DNA of 64,000 nt from a virus. The notes under the pieces are model-generated. The model searched no databases. It was not told the DNA's origin and worked only from the letters and a program-made list of their open reading frames with translations. The stretch spans positions 32,001 through 96,000 of the IMG/VR virus record IMGVR_UViG_3300046532_001566; one strand, given 5' to 3'. Shown here in pieces: positions 7,998 to 16,234 of this stretch (positions are counted from its first letter, which is position 1; each line of letters opens with the position of its first letter). Made by a program: the position numbers and the translations under genes.

Positions 7998-10300
7998 GCT
8001 TCACACTCTTCTTCCTCTTGATCAATGGTTATTGAAAATGCCGGTATTACTTCTTGGGAGATCTCAAGTTCGTCTAACATCTCTTCATCTTCTCCTTTTG
8101 AATCGTAAGTATTCTGGTAGTAACTTGTCTTCCAGCCATACTTGTATGTGGTTAATAAGTCATTAAACATGACACTCATTGGTACTTCGTTATCTGGATA
8201 AAATTTAGGATTGTAACTCCAATTACCACTAATTGATTGATCAAAGTATTTTTGCATTGCTGAAACAATACGGATATAACCTTCGTTAACACCTTCGTCC
8301 CATAAAAAGCTATAATGATTTTTAAGTTTATTATACTGAGGTACAATTTGCTTTAATGGACCTTTTTTACTTTTCTTAGTATTCATATATGCCCTAGGAG
8401 GTTCGATACCATTAGTTTCATTGCTAACAACAGACGAACTCTCTGACGGCATTTGTGCAGATAATGTGCTATGACGCATTCCATGTTTAGCTACCTTAAA
8501 TCGTAACTCTTCCCAATCGTACTGCAAATCTTTTCCTAGGAATTCGTCAACATCTGTTTTGTAAGTATCAATTGGTAATATACCTCTTGAATATTTTGTA
8601 TCATCGTATGCAGAGCAAGGTCCTTGCTCTTTTGCTAAGTCAACACTTGCTAAAATTAAATAATATTGGAATGCTTCAGACAATCTATTGACTTCTTTTG
8701 CTGATTCAACATCATTATAATGTAACTCACGTTTTGCTAGGTAATGTGCAAGCCCTATGTATCCTACTCCTAAACTACGTCTAGATTTAGTTGACAATTC
8801 TGCGGCTTTAACTGGATAACGTTGATAATCAATAATCTGATCTAATGCTCGGACTGCAAGATCACATAGATTCTTTAAGTCATCTAAATTTCGCAAGGTG
8901 CCAACATTGATAGCACTAAGAATGCATAAAGCTATCTCTCCCGATGCATCATCTAACCCTTGTATTGGTGTAGTTGGCAATGTAATTTCTTGGCAAAGAT
9001 TACTCATTCGAATCATAGGATCAAAACTACTATGACTATTACAATGATCAATATTCATAATATAGATACGTCCTGTTTCAGCACGTTCTTTTAATATATC
9101 GCCAAATAATTCTGTTGCCGGTACTTCAATGCGATCAATTGAGCTATCATTCTCGTAACTAGTATATAAATTATCAAACTTATCATTATCTCCAAATGCT
9201 TCATACAACCCAGGAACTTCATGAGGTGAAAAAAGGCTAATCTTAGTACCACTAATTAACCTTTCGTAGAATAGTTTGCTTATTTGAATTGAATAATCTA
9301 GTTTACGGACACGATTATCTTCTGTCCCTTTATTGTTTTTTAAAACAATGATATCTTGGATTTCTTTGTGCCATATTGGAAAATGCACTGTAGCACTACC
9401 ACCACGAACACCATTTTGTGTGCATGAACGCACAACTGATTCGTAAACTTTTAAGAAAGGAACTACTCCAGTATGTGCTACCTCACCACCACGAATTTTT
9501 GATCCAATGCTACGAATGCGTCCTAAGTTAAGTCCTATTCCAGCACGTTGAGCAATATAATATCCAACTGCTGAAGAACTATTAAAAATTGATGGCAATG
9601 TATCATCTACGTCAACTAAGACGCAGGAAGCAAATTGTCTAATAGGAGTACGAACACCTGACATTATTGGTGTAGGAATATTAATTTTAAATGTAGATAT
9701 TGCATCATAGTAACGACGGATATATCCAATCCTTGTTTCTGCTGGATAAGTTGAAAAGATAGTTGCAGAAATTAACATATACATATATTGAGGAGTTTCG
9801 TAAATATGACCCGTGCTCCTGTCTTGGACAAGATATTTGTCCGCTACTTGACGCATGCCAGCATATGTAAAATCTAAATCACGTTGATGATTAATATACG
9901 AATCTAATTGATTCCAGTCATCTTTTGTATATAGTTCTAATAATTCTGGATCATATACTCCTTGCTCAACATTTTTTACAACTATATCATATAACGGAGA
10001 GTAATCAAATTTTCCAAATACATCTTTACGCAGTCCGTATAATAGTAGTCGGGCGGCGACAAACTGATAATTTGGATTATCCAAACTAATCAAATCACTT
10101 GCACTTCGAACTAAAATTTCCTGAATGTCTGCTGTATTAATACCGTTTGTAAACTGTAAATCTGCATTCATTTCTACTTGTGAAACACTAACACCAGCTA
10201 ATCCTTCGCATGCTTCTTCGACCATCTTATGTATCTTGTTAATATCAAGAGATTCTATCTTTCCGTCTCGTTTTACTACATTTACTCCGGTGCTATTCAT
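7985..10300 (-). CDS. nrdA: Ribonucleotide reductase class Ia alpha subunit with ATP cone
   Basis: VVKRDG ATP cone, PTPIMSG, QFASCVL, SNLCQEI, MPSESSS, C-terminal CEAC; uninterrupted. Confidence 0.97.
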   Translation of the reverse strand: MNSTGVNVVKRDGKIESLDINKIHKMVEEACEGLAGVSVSQVEMNADLQFTNGINTADIQEILVRSASDLISLDNPNYQFVAARLLLYGLRKDVFGKFDYSPLYDIVVKNVEQGVYDPELLELYTKDDWNQLDSYINHQRDLDFTYAGMRQVADKYLVQDRSTGHIYETPQYMYMLISATIFSTYPAETRIGYIRRYYDAISTFKINIPTPIMSGVRTPIRQFASCVLVDVDDTLPSIFNSSSAVGYYIAQRAGIGLNLGRIRSIGSKIRGGEVAHTGVVPFLKVYESVVRSCTQNGVRGGSATVHFPIWHKEIQDIIVLKNNKGTEDNRVRKLDYSIQISKLFYERLISGTKISLFSPHEVPGLYEAFGDNDKFDNLYTSYENDSSIDRIEVPATELFGDILKERAETGRIYIMNIDHCNSHSSFDPMIRMSNLCQEITLPTTPIQGLDDASGEIALCILSAINVGTLRNLDDLKNLCDLAVRALDQIIDYQRYPVKAAELSTKSRRSLGVGYIGLAHYLAKRELHYNDVESAKEVNRLSEAFQYYLILASVDLAKEQGPCSAYDDTKYSRGILPIDTYKTDVDEFLGKDLQYDWEELRFKVAKHGMRHSTLSAQMPSESSSVVSNETNGIEPPRAYMNTKKSKKGPLKQIVPQYNKLKNHYSFLWDEGVNEGYIRIVSAMQKYFDQSISGNWSYNPKFYPDNEVPMSVMFNDLLTTYKYGWKTSYYQNTYDSKGEDEEMLDELEISQEVIPAFSITIDQEEEECEACNI

Positions 10301-10363
10301 CTATTTCATTTCCTTTAAATCGTCTATTGCTTATATTTATTTCGTTCTCATCATGCCATACAG

Positions 10364-10807
10364 TTATACTTTATCCACGGTATATACATCAGTAGGCTGG
10401 TAAATTCTTATAAGATCATACTGGGATTCTGATACATAACATGCATCACCCTCATAGTAATTTAACAGTTTTTCTTGGGCAGTTCTTACCAGAAGTGTTG
10501 TATCATCTTCAATTTTAGCAAGAATTAACTCCGATTGTATCTCCAATAATGTTAGTGTATAGTACATTCCTAATCCGCGTGCCGGACTACAAAAACTATT
10601 AAAAATAATCAATTCCCAGGGTGTGGGCCACGTGTCTTCACGCCATACATCTATGGTATTGCCTGCCATAGGAACCATTTTCCACCAATATGCTATAGTT
10701 TTGTAAATCTCATCTTCAGGGAGTGTCTGTAAATTGTTTCTCCAGTCTCTCCATTTAAGCATTCTAGTATGTTTATCTGATTCCCAAAACTCTAAATCAT
10801 ATTGCAT
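10364..10807 (-). CDS. Hypothetical protein with divergent transglutaminase-like (BTLCP-like) signature
   Basis: WPTPWELI...FC......YYTL resembles the W-x-T-P-x-E...C...Y-x-T-L motif of BTLCP/C93 peptidases. Confidence 0.4.
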   Translation of the reverse strand: MQYDLEFWESDKHTRMLKWRDWRNNLQTLPEDEIYKTIAYWWKMVPMAGNTIDVWREDTWPTPWELIIFNSFCSPARGLGMYYTLTLLEIQSELILAKIEDDTTLLVRTAQEKLLNYYEGDACYVSESQYDLIRIYQPTDVYTVDKV

Positions 10808-10828
10808 TTGATTCTACCTGTTGCATAT

Positions 10829-11497
10829 TTATACGTTATAGAAAGTTTCAACACGTTGAAGCCATTTATCAGTATAATTTTTAAAATCGTTACCTTCAAT
10901 AATATATGTCTTATACTTGTCATCTCTTGTAGTCATAAACAGTACACCTTTTTTAATATCAGTTTGATATAACTCATTATGGGCCAATGCATAAGCACAT
11001 GTCTGAATGAAATAATCTTCCATCCATTCAGGCTTCTTTAGTGCCTTAGACGTCTTGTGGTCCATAATAGCAGGAGTTCCTTTATGCGTACCAACTAAGT
11101 CTGTAGTGCCAGCATACAAGCCTGGAAAATATAGTTGCACTTCCATACCCCATACTTCTGTTACATCTGGTAGGCCTTCATTAATAATACGATCTGACAT
11201 CCGTGTGGCCATCTCATGTACAAGATTATTGCCCTTAGGACGATCTTTGCCAAGTAGATAGTTTTCAACATGGGTATGTACTAATGTGCCCAAGCCAGAC
11301 GATTCTTTAGATACTCTGTTTGCTTCTGCATCACCTACACGTTTACGCCAGGCAATAAGTCCGCTTTTATCGCTAGTCTTAGACAGGATTGTTGTAACAC
11401 TAGGCACTTTATCGCCACCAGGTGTTTCATACAAACGTTGTACTCCGTCTATCCTAGATAGTTTTTTGTAATTATATATTGGATTATGGTTTATCAT
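10829..11497 (-). CDS. PD-(D/E)xK exonuclease
   Basis: PSVTTIL, GTLVH, E....., YAGTTD...IMDHKTS, Q..AYA. Confidence 0.85.
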   Translation of the reverse strand: MINHNPIYNYKKLSRIDGVQRLYETPGGDKVPSVTTILSKTSDKSGLIAWRKRVGDAEANRVSKESSGLGTLVHTHVENYLLGKDRPKGNNLVHEMATRMSDRIINEGLPDVTEVWGMEVQLYFPGLYAGTTDLVGTHKGTPAIMDHKTSKALKKPEWMEDYFIQTCAYALAHNELYQTDIKKGVLFMTTRDDKYKTYIIEGNDFKNYTDKWLQRVETFYNV

Positions 11498-11503
11498 CTG
11501 TTA

Positions 11504-11532
11504 AGTATAACAGAGATTTAATCAATAGTCAA
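11504..11532 (-). promoter_or_regulatory. Sigma70-type promoter; predicted +1 coincides with the exonuclease ATG
   Basis: TTGACT-N17-TATACT, 6 nt from the ATG. Confidence 0.7.
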
Positions 11533-11539
11533 GAAGAAT

Positions 11540-11887
11540 CTACCAGGCAATACGCCATTTAAAGGTAGTTGTTGTTGCATTATTGGTTACCGGATCTATG
11601 GTATAACCAAGATCCGTAAAGTACTTAATTACCTTATCAATTTGTAAGGACTTTTGTCTATCATCTCTAGTGCCTACCAAGGTATCATAGTATTCAGATG
11701 CTAGAATAAAATTTGTATCAACTGCATTGGCGGCCATTGAGGTTGTTGTAATTACTTCTACCTCAACTGCTCCAGAACCAGTAGCTGTAATAACAGCAAG
11801 TTCTAAGTCTCGAACTTCATTCAAAATTACCAGGTCTTGTAAAGATTGAGATCTTGCTTCTGATGCTGTATAAAATATTCTACTCAT
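11540..11887 (-). CDS. Hypothetical protein
   Basis: 115-aa ORF, translationally coupled in the operon. Confidence 0.6.
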   Translation of the reverse strand: MSRIFYTASEARSQSLQDLVILNEVRDLELAVITATGSGAVEVEVITTTSMAANAVDTNFILASEYYDTLVGTRDDRQKSLQIDKVIKYFTDLGYTIDPVTNNATTTTFKWRIAW

Positions 11888-12219
11888 ATTCCTAAATCTG
11901 CCTTTGCTGTTGATAATGCCATATCGTCAACTTTCTCTTCGTTGTCTTCTGCATCACCAGGATCACTTACCATCGTAGTTAAGATAATATCTGTGTCACT
12001 TACATCTGAAACTAAATCAGGGTTTCTATTCTTTAATGTAGTAATATAATTCCTAATTCCAGTTTCTTGCCCATTAGCCTGAAATCCTAACTTAGATAAC
12101 ATGCCAACAAGTTCTTCCATTGGTAGCGAGTCATTACCATCCAATGATGCTCTAATCAAGAACATCTTAATTGCACTAGCAAAGTCAGCATCAATCGATG
12201 TTATTTCACTCAAGTTCAC
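11884..12219 (-). CDS. Hypothetical protein
   Basis: 111-aa acidic ORF, coupled to its neighbours. Confidence 0.6.
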   Translation of the reverse strand: MNLSEITSIDADFASAIKMFLIRASLDGNDSLPMEELVGMLSKLGFQANGQETGIRNYITTLKNRNPDLVSDVSDTDIILTTMVSDPGDAEDNEEKVDDMALSTAKADLGI

Positions 12220-12847
12220 TCTTTAGTTCCCTACCAAGTGGCTCTTCTTCTGGTCCTGACATTGCAGGCGTAACTGCCTCTACGTCATCGCCTAATTCTG
12301 GTTCCATACCAGGATCTGCTACTGGAGCAGACATAGGATCTTTTAACTGACTAATTGCGGCATCAATACCATCTTTAGTTGTAGTAAGGACATCCATTGC
12401 CGATTGCAATGAAGATCTAATAGCAGTTCCGAATTGTTCACCGGCGCCATCTCCAAATTTTGATTTGATTTGATCAACTAAAGTAATTAAATCGCTTCCA
12501 AGCATATCAGCTGAATCTTCAATCATATCTTGAAATTCTTTGCTCATGCCTGTTGCCGCTATAATAATTTCTGCTTGCTCGATATCATCATCACCAAATT
12601 CAGCTTCGACAATAACCTCTGCATCTACATTAGCCATATCTTCATAGACTGCCTTATGTAAAACTGCACGAGTGTATTCTGCTCCGCCTTTACTTGCTAA
12701 AGTATCAAGTTCTTTCTGAATATCACCTAAGTGATCTCGTAATGATGAACCACTTACTGATTCTTCAATTACAATACTTTGTTTTAACAATGCTTCGCGA
12801 GCCGCTTCGGCTGGAGCAGTGTTATTTGAAATGTCATTAAACTTCAT
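12206..12847 (-). CDS. Acidic helical protein, probable prohead core/internal protein
   Basis: Start at MKFNDI after AGGAGG; IEE-S and IVE-A putative maturation sites; late motif at 12876-12881. Confidence 0.5.
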   Translation of the reverse strand: MKFNDISNNTAPAEAAREALLKQSIVIEESVSGSSLRDHLGDIQKELDTLASKGGAEYTRAVLHKAVYEDMANVDAEVIVEAEFGDDDIEQAEIIIAATGMSKEFQDMIEDSADMLGSDLITLVDQIKSKFGDGAGEQFGTAIRSSLQSAMDVLTTTKDGIDAAISQLKDPMSAPVADPGMEPELGDDVEAVTPAMSGPEEEPLGRELKSELE

Positions 12848-12900
12848 GGTAACCTCCTGGTAATTGTTTATCATTTATTTAGCCTTATAAGACTATATAA

Positions 12901-13221
12901 CTATCTTCGTTTTCTTGTTGTCTTACGCCCAATACTTGGTCTATTAGGATTACGATGACCTTTTTGCCTATTCAACCTTGCAACCCTGCGTGATACTGGA
13001 TTATAACGTTTTGTTCTCATTTGCTTGATTTTCATTCTGGCTTTGAAACGTTGTTTTGCACGTTTAAAGATATAACGTTTTTTAATATTAATGCGTTTGT
13101 TACAGGCGCCAATAGTACTGACAATACGGCCGCGGCGTTTTCCGGTAGTACAACGTATTTTGCGTTTTACCTTGTTACCAGACCTGGCCCATACTATTCG
13201 TGATTCTACTAAGACTTCCAT
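12901..13221 (-). CDS. Very basic Arg/Lys-rich protein, probable prohead core/DNA-condensing protein
   Basis: Short LVE-S leader followed by an R/K-dominated sequence; GGAGG RBS. Confidence 0.55.
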   Translation of the reverse strand: MEVLVESRIVWARSGNKVKRKIRCTTGKRRGRIVSTIGACNKRINIKKRYIFKRAKQRFKARMKIKQMRTKRYNPVSRRVARLNRQKGHRNPNRPSIGRKTTRKRR

Positions 13222-13234
13222 ATAACCTCCATTA

Positions 13235-13531
13235 CTAGTTATTAATAATTATATAACCTAGCATACCTATTAAAGCAACAATTACCGTTCCGGAAGTTGT
13301 TACCATTGTATTAAATCGTTTATTGGTGGATTGGTGGATTAAATCTTTAAGATCATTAAAATTTGAGTCTGCTTTTACTTTAAATTCAGAGAAATCTTTG
13401 TGAAGATGTTCTAGTCTGTTTTCCATACCAGTGAATTTCTCTTCTAGGCGATTATACCGACTTGCACATAATTCTACATGCAAATTAAGATCTGCCGCTT
13501 CACCTTGTACTACTTTTATCTTTTTTTCCAT
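13235..13531 (-). CDS. Small coiled-coil protein with one C-terminal TM helix (holin/XhlA-like candidate)
   Basis: Heptad-rich N-terminus and a C-terminal TVIVALIGMLGYIII helix. Confidence 0.5.
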   Translation of the reverse strand: MEKKIKVVQGEAADLNLHVELCASRYNRLEEKFTGMENRLEHLHKDFSEFKVKADSNFNDLKDLIHQSTNKRFNTMVTTSGTVIVALIGMLGYIIINN

Positions 13532-13665
13532 TATATAATATGTTCTTTACTGAGTGCGTGTGTAACGGTGACTTGCTTGCTCTTGAAGTAGTCCGCTATG
13601 TTCCGTAAAGTGCCAATATGAGCCATTATAAGTTTTTGTGAGCTATTGTTATACCAACGTATTTA
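13532..13665 (-). promoter_or_regulatory. Late promoter plus long structured 5' leader
   Basis: TAAATA at 13660-13665; about 125-nt leader with GGCUCA-like repeats and nested stems CUUUAC/GUAAAG, UAGCGG/CCGUUA and GACU/AGUC. Confidence 0.55.
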
Positions 13666-13670
13666 CCATT

Positions 13671-14099
13671 TTATAGAGATTCATGGCAGACAAAAAACAA
13701 GTTTGTGTTAACTCCTCTTGTATAAATCTTCTTACCTACTGTTGCTGTTTCTTGCAATCCAGTTAATAATTGTAATCCATGTGCTTCTTGATTTAATGTA
13801 TCTTCAGTCATTATACCCTTTTTATCAACAATCCATTTATACGCCCATACGTTATGGTTGCCTGTATGTTTACTACCAAATAATCCGTTAGTAACATCTT
13901 GATTAATAATCATTTCAACTCCAGCAAGTATAGGCTGAGAACGAGAAGAAGCAATAGCCATTATCTTCTCTAAATTTTCAGATGCACTAGTACCGTCATT
14001 ACTAATATCAAACAGCGTCCAACAAGAATAGAATTCTGGGTCTCCACCAAAGTGTGACCCAGGAATACTCCAGGAGCGTTTCTTTTCAACTGTTTCCAT
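13671..14099 (-). CDS. Hypothetical protein
   Basis: 142-aa ORF in the operon. Confidence 0.6.
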   Translation of the reverse strand: METVEKKRSWSIPGSHFGGDPEFYSCWTLFDISNDGTSASENLEKIMAIASSRSQPILAGVEMIINQDVTNGLFGSKHTGNHNVWAYKWIVDKKGIMTEDTLNQEAHGLQLLTGLQETATVGKKIYTRGVNTNLFFVCHESL

Positions 14100-14105
14100 T
14101 ATTAA

Positions 14106-15056
14106 TTACCTAAGTTTACCTAGTGCTTTTGCGGCCGCATAACCTATAAATCCAGCTCCACCAACTTTTGCAATGCTTGATATAAAATTATCTGAACTAC
14201 TAGTGCCATGAATTGCATTGGCTGGACCTATTGCTTTAACTTCTGCATTATCTTTTGTCTTCTGTTCCCAGGATTTATGTTGTACAAATGTACTAAGTGT
14301 TCCAAACAAATCGCTACGTCTGCCACGTGTTCTATAATACTGTAAAAGCCTAGTTACACATGTCTGCTTTTGGAAAGTTGTTAAATGTTCCCAATCAGTT
14401 ATTAATCTGCGTAAACTTTTATAGTTACTAACTTGTATATTCATTTGACTTTCTAATTTATATAAGAGCCGTGTAGCTGTAATTCTGTCTAATCTTCCTG
14501 ATCCAATTCCTCGTAAGAAATCTTTAACATACTTCTCATTCATATGAAGTCTTACTCTCAAAGAAGCATTTTGTTCAGGTGCTTTAAGTCTATCACCTTC
14601 TTTAGTATCTCTATAAATTGAGATATGTAATGCTTGATATAAGTCAGTTGAACTAACTCGGCTCTGACTAAAGTTGCCATATACCATTGTTCGTCTTGCA
14701 TAGTTTTGTGCAAACGGTGCAGTCTCAAACTCTTGTGCTAACATATATAATGTAACCATATTTAAAAATGCGGCGTCAACAGTATCTCGTAATGTCAATG
14801 CAGTTAGGTAATTGTTACGAAACATTTTACTTTCATTACAGTTATCCTTGATAAATGAAAACATTTCAGGTTCTACTGATTCAGAAAATTTAGTAACTCC
14901 ATATCTGCTGTATTTGTTACCATCAGATCCAAGTAATTTATTACCTAAGATGCCTACAACTGTTAACTTCTTTGACGAATCGTCATCGTCACCGATAAGA
15001 AACTTATCGCCTACCTTCCAAATGTCGTACGTTTTTTCATCAATAACGTCTGTCAT
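14106..15056 (-). CDS. Hypothetical protein, possible internal head protein
   Basis: 316 aa with IDE/FSE-S/CNE-S sites and a Gly/Ala-rich amphipathic C-terminus. Confidence 0.55.
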   Translation of the reverse strand: MTDVIDEKTYDIWKVGDKFLIGDDDDSSKKLTVVGILGNKLLGSDGNKYSRYGVTKFSESVEPEMFSFIKDNCNESKMFRNNYLTALTLRDTVDAAFLNMVTLYMLAQEFETAPFAQNYARRTMVYGNFSQSRVSSTDLYQALHISIYRDTKEGDRLKAPEQNASLRVRLHMNEKYVKDFLRGIGSGRLDRITATRLLYKLESQMNIQVSNYKSLRRLITDWEHLTTFQKQTCVTRLLQYYRTRGRRSDLFGTLSTFVQHKSWEQKTKDNAEVKAIGPANAIHGTSSSDNFISSIAKVGGAGFIGYAAAKALGKLR

Positions 15057-15061
15057 ATTCT

Positions 15062-16234
15062 CTAGTCCTTTTTCATAAAAGATGGGCGATTAACAAATTT
15101 AATCTTACCATGTGGTGTAGCAGACACAAAGCCTTCGTGACCTCTATCAGTTTTAATCCCAGTTACATGAGTATCTAACTGGTCTTTAATAGTGTGCTTT
15201 ATATTACTTAGTGCAGACACAATTCGCCATGACATCTCAAAAGGTGCTTTAAACTGTTGCAAGTGTGCTAACACGTTTTTCTTTTTATTATCTGTTAATC
15301 CTGCTGGACCTTCTAGCCATTTAATAAAATCATTTGCTAACGCTGGGGCAGAACCAATATCTTCACCTGACCTTGCTTTAAAGTTTACAAACTTTTTAAA
15401 TAGTTCTGGTAAGTTTGCTATTTTAAGACTTCCCATTGCAAATGGATCTAACATATCATCAATTAGTTGTGCTGGTCCGCTTTTAATTAAGTTCCTCAAA
15501 GATTCTACTTCTGCCATTGGTAGTTTAATTTCAGTATCTGTTGGTATATTTGTCTCTGGACCAAAGATTACTAACTTAGGACTTTGCTTTAATCCTAATG
15601 TAGTAGGCGTTGCAGGTGATGGTTCTCCGTCTGCGGCACTAGCTGAGTTAACTGAATCAAAAACGCTATGTACTGCAATACCGCAAGCACTCTTCGCAAT
15701 CAATGCACCTATTGGATTATCTTTATCAATAGTATATTTAATTTTACTTGGGCCAAATGTAACATCTTCATCTGTATGTAAGATATCATCTGAACTCATA
15801 TAAAGCAAATCTCCTTGAATCATTTGTCCTATCAAACTTTTTGGGGTTGCTTTTTTAAGAAGTTCGTATATGCTTGCAAATTTGTTTGCATAATATTGTC
15901 TACCTTCTTGATCTGGCTTTCTGTTATAAATCATAGCCTGTACTTCTTTAGAACTAGTAGGCTTACCATCATATTTTGTTGCACCTATGCCAGCTTTGTC
16001 TGTTACAATAAATGAATTCTTATCTACCCAACCAAATATTACTGCTGGACTTCCGTCCCATTTAATTGAAGTTGTATCTCCGTGATTCTGTGAAGCATGT
16101 ACCATTGCATCGAGAGCTCGCATTGCACCCTGCGTTCCGTTATCATCAAAGATAATATCTTCTGGATGGTCAATTCTTGCTTTAGCTTCAATTAGCACCG
16201 GCTTTGTATTATTAACTACCTCTGTTATCTTCAT
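15062..16234 (-). CDS. Ligase-superfamily nucleotidyltransferase (DUF6267-like), probably packaged
   Basis: Motif I KWDG, III QGDLLY, IV HEGFV, V KIKFVNR; leader MKITEV...LIE-A. Confidence 0.65.
   Translation of the reverse strand: MKITEVVNNTKPVLIEAKARIDHPEDIIFDDNGTQGAMRALDAMVHASQNHGDTTSIKWDGSPAVIFGWVDKNSFIVTDKAGIGATKYDGKPTSSKEVQAMIYNRKPDQEGRQYYANKFASIYELLKKATPKSLIGQMIQGDLLYMSSDDILHTDEDVTFGPSKIKYTIDKDNPIGALIAKSACGIAVHSVFDSVNSASAADGEPSPATPTTLGLKQSPKLVIFGPETNIPTDTEIKLPMAEVESLRNLIKSGPAQLIDDMLDPFAMGSLKIANLPELFKKFVNFKARSGEDIGSAPALANDFIKWLEGPAGLTDNKKKNVLAHLQQFKAPFEMSWRIVSALSNIKHTIKDQLDTHVTGIKTDRGHEGFVSATPHGKIKFVNRPSFMKKD

Noticed and set aside
6888-10300. Possible introns or inteins in nrdAB (also checked terminase, helicases, uvsX)
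   Set aside because: All are uninterrupted and of normal length.
13532-13670. tRNA or known riboswitch in the long intergenic region
   Set aside because: No cloverleaf or T-loop and no riboswitch consensus I recognise; kept only as a novel leader candidate.
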